From Candidatus Peribacter sp. UBA6535 (GTDB lineage: Bacteria; Patescibacteriota; Gracilibacteria; Peribacterales; Peribacteraceae): a DNA stretch of 56,167 nt. Below the pieces are notes generated by a model that was not told the DNA's origin, ran no database searches, and was given only the letters and a program-made list of their open reading frames with translations. Of the stretch, positions 52,105 to 56,167 are shown piece after piece. Position 1 is the stretch's first letter. Each line of letters opens with the position of its first letter. A program made the translations under genes and the position numbers. Location of the stretch: the NCBI GenBank assembly GCA_002436205.1, contig DJKT01000041.1, positions 1-56,167 of the forward strand, read 5' to 3'.

Positions 52105-52169
52105 CGAAGCGCGAAATCCGAAATACGAGATATTACCCACATTAGTATTCTTTCGGATTTCTGGCTTCG
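52105..52169. other. Long imperfect hairpin in the divergent M16-peptidase/rpmH intergenic region
   Basis: GAAATCCGAAA (52113-52123) pairs perfectly with TTTCGGATTTC (52151-52161). The stem extends through CGAAGC (52105-52110) and GCTTCG (52164-52169) across a 2x2 internal loop. The apical loop is 27 nt. Confidence 0.7.
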
Positions 52170-52225
52170 AATTTCGTGTTTTTATGGTTGACCGAGACCT
52201 ATCCCGTCCGTAGGCTGCTCCCACA

Positions 52226-52369
52226 ATGCTAGGAAAGCTCAAATGGCGTCGGCGACTTAGGAAACACGGTTTCCGCCAGAGAATGTCCACAAAGAACGGA
52301 CGGAAGCTCTTGTCACGCCGTCGTAAGAAGGGTCGCGTCAGGCTGACTGTGCAGAAGAAAGGAAAATAG
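52226..52369 (+). CDS. rpmH: 50S ribosomal protein L34 (47 aa, below the ORF-track size cutoff)
   Basis: ATG at 52226 and TAG at 52367-52369. The translation [47 protein letters not shown] contains the L34 core HGFR.RM.T..GR..L..RR.KGR..LT. Confidence 0.9.
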   Translation: MLGKLKWRRRLRKHGFRQRMSTKNGRKLLSRRRKKGRVRLTVQKKGK

Positions 52370-52383
52370 TCTAGAATCCCCCT

Positions 52384-52677
52384 GTGATTACGTACCTTAA
52401 AAAGCTCTCGGGATTTATCTTCTATGTACTGGGAGGCTCATTTTTCGTTGCCTATATGCTGCAATATAACGAAATCACCCCCTTTGGTGGATGGTGGCTA
52501 CGCGTCGCAGATCTTCCTCTGATACTTGCCGGAGTGCTGTTTGGAGGTACCAGTCTGTATTTAAGCGTGAAGCCTAAAGACCAAGATTCAAAAACACTAT
52601 TCGTTGTTATTGGAGTACCGCTTGTGGTGATATTCTCCACACTCCTTCTTATGAACTTCTGGCCCCTATTCGGGTAG
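52384..52677 (+). CDS. Hypothetical small membrane protein
   Basis: 97 aa with a GTG start and three hydrophobic helices. It occupies the position after rpmH where rnpA is usually found, but it has no RnpA-like sequence. Confidence 0.4.
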   Translation: MITYLKKLSGFIFYVLGGSFFVAYMLQYNEITPFGGWWLRVADLPLILAGVLFGGTSLYLSVKPKDQDSKTLFVVIGVPLVVIFSTLLLMNFWPLFG

Positions 52678-53220
52678 CCACTCCTTCTCCTCGGTACCTG
52701 CTGCTTTATTTACTGCACGAGAAACCAGAAAGAAATAATCACTGAGACGATTAAGATAGATGAGGGATTGATCATTGATGGGTTCTTCTTCTGCCAAATG
52801 CACCAGCCACCTCTCAGCTCTGCGACAAATAGTCCGTGCCTGATGCAGCAGTGCACCAGCCCTACAACCACTGGGTAACACAAACTTTTGTAACGCAGGT
52901 AAATCTCCTTCGAGCACCGACCCCCACTGCTCTATGCGCTCCGTATCACTCTCTGCGATTCTTACTACGCGCTCAGAAGATTTATTCAGTGGCGTTGCAA
53001 GATCCGCCCCCATGCAAAACAAATCTTTCTGTACTTCATGCAATTGCTCTTTGAGTTCTTCGGGAACATCTCGCTCTGCAAGAATAAGTCCGAGCACTGC
53101 ATTCAACTCATCAACAGTCCCATATGCATGAAGTCTATAACTCGCTTTTGATACTTTATCGCCACCAAAGAGACTTGTTTTTCCGCGATCTCCGCCAGTT
53201 GTGGATAGTGTCGGCCTCAT
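52666..53220 (-). CDS. ATP:cob(I)alamin adenosyltransferase, PduO type
   Basis: 184 aa from ATG 53220. It contains TTGGDRGKTSLFGGDKVSKASYRLHAYGTVDELNAVLGLI and FVLPSG...GALLHQARTICRRAER. Confidence 0.85.
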   Translation of the reverse strand: MRPTLSTTGGDRGKTSLFGGDKVSKASYRLHAYGTVDELNAVLGLILAERDVPEELKEQLHEVQKDLFCMGADLATPLNKSSERVVRIAESDTERIEQWGSVLEGDLPALQKFVLPSGCRAGALLHQARTICRRAERWLVHLAEEEPINDQSLIYLNRLSDYFFLVSRAVNKAAGTEEKEWLPE

Positions 53221-53230
53221 AGGCTCTGCA

Positions 53231-55591
53231 TTATACACCAAGAATCTTCTCTGCCTTTGCAAACTCTTTTTTGGCTTCCTCTTCTGTAAGTGTTTTCTCT
53301 GCCGATCGATAGGTACAGCGCAATGTGAGTTTGTATTCTCCGCTCTCTTTACCATAAAGATCAGCTACCTCCGCAGACTCCAAAAGCTTGGAAGATTTTC
53401 TAATATCCGCGAGTAGTTCTCCCACGCTCTTGCTATGACTCATTGCTACCGTCGTGTCGTAGCTTACTGCTGGATACTCAGAGATTGCAGAGAAGATTTT
53501 TTCTTGTGGATCAAGCGCAAGCACTGCAGAAAGATTGATAGTGACTGCTGCGGCATTGGCAGGAAGATCGAAGTTACTACGAACACTAGGATGTACTTCA
53601 AAAATAGTACCTATGACATTTCCATCGACTAGAAGATCCGCACATCGTCCTGTGTACGCGAAATCCGGAACACTCTTACAGACATCAATCGTCACTGCGT
53701 ATCCTGCATCCTGCAATGCTGATGTCACCTCTTGTTTCAGTAAAAAGAACGGATCGGACTTGAGGTCTGTACCGCTGCGCATAGCAATAAGTGCACCAAG
53801 TTCGGTATGCGAATCTGCTTGTTCTTTAAACACAGTAGAAACATGAAACGTTCGAAGTAGCTCCTCTACCTCCAACATATTCTTTCCAGCTTGTTCGAGT
53901 AATGCGGGCAATGTAGATGGAGTCATAATGCTCGTCTCATGACCAATGGCATTTTCAAGTTCTGCACAATCATCCATAGATATTTTGCTTTTCTTCAGAA
54001 GCTCTGGACCAATAAGACTAAGAGGTAAGAGTTCTATGTAGTCTTGGTTAACTAGGCGATCGCGCACCTTGTTCGTACGCAGGTCACGTGCAGGAGGAGA
54101 AATAGAGGCACTGGGTAATACATTCTCTATCGCGTTGTATCCATAGATACGACCCACTTCTTCGATAAGATCATGCTCACCTTCGATGTCACCCAAGCGA
54201 TGCAGTGGTGGAGTAACACTAAGAACTCCCTTTCCTTTATCTTGTACGTCAAATTCAAGATCAGACAGAATTTTCGTCATACGTTTTTGTTCAATTTCTA
54301 CTCCAAGCAATGCATTAGCACGCTCTACAAAAAGATCTATGGGCTCTGCCTTTCCAATATCTCCCCAGGATTCTAATTCAGAGACAACGCGAGCACCCGG
54401 AACCAAGTCAAGAAAAAGTGATACAGCACGCTTCAATCCCGGTTCCGAAAAACATGCTGGTACTCCCTTTTCGTACACTGTTGACCCATCAGTTCTGTGA
54501 CCTGTGGCAAGAATACCATGTCGAATAGTCGTAGCATCCAAAATAGCTCCATGCAGGTAAATACGTTTTGTACTGTCTTTCGTGGAACTGCGTAATCCTC
54601 CCATAATTCCTAACAGATCGAAAATACCTTCATCATCACTAATGACTAATGCTCCATCGGGAAGTTCTCGCTCTACGGAATCAAGAGTAACAATAGTCTC
54701 GCCTTTTTTTGAGGTACGCATGTGTACGTCACCTACTAAATCATCTGCATCGAAACTATGCATCGGCATTCCCATTTCCATAATGACGTAGTTGGTGATA
54801 TCAATCGGAAGATTGATTGATCTCCAACCTGTTGCTTCCAGTCGCCTCTTCATCCAATCAGGTGTCTCTCCAATACCTTCTATCTCTAACATGCACCCTG
54901 AATACTTCGGCACCAAAGCCGGGCTATCAACATGAATCTTGAAAGGAAGGGAGTCATTGGTAAACTGAATATCTTTGATTTCGGGAGTGCTCTTCCAGTT
55001 GGCAATACCTATTGCAATACACTCTCTTGCAAATCCAAAATGTGAAAAGAGATCTGGCCTGTGTGTGATTGCATGGTTGTCGATATGTAATACAACATCA
55101 GCAAGTCCAAGAGCTTCTTTCATTGGCTTACCGATGTCTAAATCTCCATCTCCCATATCAACAATGTCATGACCGGTACATTCAGGGAAGATTGTTTCGA
55201 TGCCTAACTCTTCTGCGGCGCAAATCATTCCTTCGCTTTGCTCTCCACGAATCTTCACAGGTTCAAGTGTCATCAATTCCTCACCATGCCACTTCACTCT
55301 GGCACCAACGTGTGCAAAGGCAACGCGCATACCAATACGTAGGTTCGTTCCACCACAAACAACATACTTGCTTCCCTTATCAGTCAGAACTTCACAGAGC
55401 TGAAGCTTGTCTGCATTAGGATGCTTACTAATACTGATGAGCTTTCCGATGCAACAATGCTCGAGTAATTCTCCCTGTACCTCTACCGCATCGACTTCCG
55501 CAACGTGTGCTGTAATAGCATCCGAAATCTTCTGCGGATCGTCTTCTGTAAATTCAATATAATCGCCGAGCCATGTAAGAGAGATCTTCAT
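53231..55591 (-). CDS. pheT: Phenylalanine--tRNA ligase beta subunit
   Basis: 786 aa. It starts MKISLTWLGDYIEF and has the tRNA-binding OB domain (HPNADKLQLCEV...VVCGGTNL), the B3/4 and B5 domains, and the C-terminal FDX-ACB-like domain. Confidence 0.93.
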   Translation of the reverse strand: MKISLTWLGDYIEFTEDDPQKISDAITAHVAEVDAVEVQGELLEHCCIGKLISISKHPNADKLQLCEVLTDKGSKYVVCGGTNLRIGMRVAFAHVGARVKWHGEELMTLEPVKIRGEQSEGMICAAEELGIETIFPECTGHDIVDMGDGDLDIGKPMKEALGLADVVLHIDNHAITHRPDLFSHFGFARECIAIGIANWKSTPEIKDIQFTNDSLPFKIHVDSPALVPKYSGCMLEIEGIGETPDWMKRRLEATGWRSINLPIDITNYVIMEMGMPMHSFDADDLVGDVHMRTSKKGETIVTLDSVERELPDGALVISDDEGIFDLLGIMGGLRSSTKDSTKRIYLHGAILDATTIRHGILATGHRTDGSTVYEKGVPACFSEPGLKRAVSLFLDLVPGARVVSELESWGDIGKAEPIDLFVERANALLGVEIEQKRMTKILSDLEFDVQDKGKGVLSVTPPLHRLGDIEGEHDLIEEVGRIYGYNAIENVLPSASISPPARDLRTNKVRDRLVNQDYIELLPLSLIGPELLKKSKISMDDCAELENAIGHETSIMTPSTLPALLEQAGKNMLEVEELLRTFHVSTVFKEQADSHTELGALIAMRSGTDLKSDPFFLLKQEVTSALQDAGYAVTIDVCKSVPDFAYTGRCADLLVDGNVIGTIFEVHPSVRSNFDLPANAAAVTINLSAVLALDPQEKIFSAISEYPAVSYDTTVAMSHSKSVGELLADIRKSSKLLESAEVADLYGKESGEYKLTLRCTYRSAEKTLTEEEAKKEFAKAEKILGV

Positions 55592-55608
55592 GTGTAGAAG
55601 AATTATGA

Positions 55609-55899
55609 ATGAAGAGTGGGCTATGTGCTACAATACTTCTGATATTTCCCTCTTCATCTATGAAATCCTACTGCTCAGTAAAACCCTGCGCCATTATGGG
55701 TAAAATCATTCTCGGTGTACTCACCCTCACAGAACTCATAGCCATTATCGCTGTATACAAAGCATTCTTTGGTGCTGGTGCTGCCTCATTTGTCTCCACG
55801 CCAAACTCTCTTACCATTATCGCTCTTGCTGTAAATACGGCAGTTTGGACAAAATACGGACAAATGCACTGCAGTGGAACCTGTAGTACATCGAAATAA
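55609..55899 (+). CDS. Hypothetical small membrane protein (start uncertain)
   Basis: 96-aa ORF. The hydrophobic segments begin after the internal Met at 55696 (MGKIILGVLTLTELIAIIAV...). No recognisable motif. Confidence 0.3.
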   Translation: MKSGLCATILLIFPSSSMKSYCSVKPCAIMGKIILGVLTLTELIAIIAVYKAFFGAGAASFVSTPNSLTIIALAVNTAVWTKYGQMHCSGTCSTSK

Positions 55900-55916
55900 G
55901 AGTAAGGCGTAAATTG

Positions 55917-56006
55917 TGGCGGAGAGGGGGGGATTCGAACCCCCGAAACCCTTGCAGGTTTACACGCTTTCCAAGCGTGCGCACTAGGCCACTATGCGAC
56001 CTCTCC
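55917..56006 (-). tRNA. tRNA-Ser (anticodon GGA), class II, CCA encoded
   Basis: The reverse complement folds as GGAGAGG/TC/GCA-loop-TGC/G/CACGC-TTGGAAA-GCGTG/18-nt variable arm/GGGGG-TTCGAAT-CCCCC/CCTCTCC/G/CCA, 90 nt in total. Confidence 0.93.
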
Positions 56007-56065
56007 TTTTAAGCGAACTTAGTTAAGCAGTATCAGATCACTTCCGAAAGTGGATTCTTGCAGTT

Positions 56066-56167
56066 TTAGAGGGATCCAACTCTCTCTACTGGCTCGAAAT
56101 ACCGCAGATCCAGAGCATCGTAGATATCCTTCTCCTCTTTGGAGGCCACCACCTCCTCTCCATCAAA
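56066..56167 (-). CDS. C-terminal end of a family X (Pol beta-like) DNA polymerase; the 5' part lies outside the window
   Basis: The open frame from the window edge reads FDGEEVVASKEEKDIYDALDLRYFEPVERVGSL-stop. It resembles the extreme C-terminus of Pol beta-type enzymes (...[21 protein letters not shown]). Only 33 codons are visible. Confidence 0.5.
   Translation of the reverse strand, partial: FDGEEVVASKEEKDIYDALDLRYFEPVERVGSL

Noticed and set aside
52080-52142. 21-codon N-terminal extension of the M16 peptidase ORF
   Set aside because: It runs into the intergenic hairpin region. The internal ATG at 52079 is followed directly by conserved M16 N-terminal sequence.
52021-52290. 89-aa minus-strand ORF spanning the M16/rpmH intergenic region
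   Set aside because: It overlaps the start of the M16 peptidase gene out of frame and runs antisense to the 5' end of the clearly identifiable rpmH gene. It has no coding signature.
53221-53355. 45-codon N-terminal extension of the PduO-type adenosyltransferase ORF
   Set aside because: It overlaps the 3' end of pheT on the same strand. It is highly basic junk that precedes the canonical family N-terminus (MRPTLSTTGGDRGKTSL) at ATG 53220.

Overview
This is a gene-dense chromosomal segment of about 56 kb from a bacterium that uses the standard genetic code, since UGA acts as a stop and as the RF2 frameshift codon. The gene content includes DUF5667-like anti-sigma, T4SS-pilin-like, DUF5989/SxtJ, a minimal SufS-SufU pair and many tiny intergenic gaps. 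From this I infer, but cannot prove, a Patescibacteria/CPR-like or similarly streamlined lineage. Housekeeping blocks lie at 1-13.3 kb and 35-56 kb. They contain the A/V-type ATPase A-B-D genes, rplT-rpmI-infC, prfB with its programmed +1 frameshift, an ECF sigma/anti-sigma pair, rpmB, sufS-sufU, rpsF-rpsR, yebC, a class A PBP, ftsX, recO, RNase HI, ctpA, ndk, an M16 peptidase, rpmH, a PduO-type adenosyltransferase, pheT and three tRNAs (Ser-CGA, Thr-GGU, Ser-GGA). These blocks flank a glycan-biosynthesis island of about 21 kb (13.3-35 kb). The island holds about 11 glycosyltransferases, rfbA/rfbB, a carbamoyltransferase module, an SGNH hydrolase, a methyltransferase and two GT-C-like polytopic membrane proteins. 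Four items look most worth following up. First, an ORF missed by the track because it is under 60 aa encodes a bacterial histone-fold (DUF1931/HBb-like) protein. Second, an anti-sigma-like reading frame has no stop codon until it has passed right through a co-directional tRNA-Ser. Third, a perfect 22-bp inverted copy of the tRNA-Thr 3' end brackets an HTH/LAGLIDADG-like ORF. Fourth, two heptanucleotide repeat tracts lie inside one GT4 gene. Two paralogous secreted Cys-repeat proteins and a general lack of Shine-Dalgarno leaders are also notable. All family assignments come from reading the translations by eye; no database search was run.
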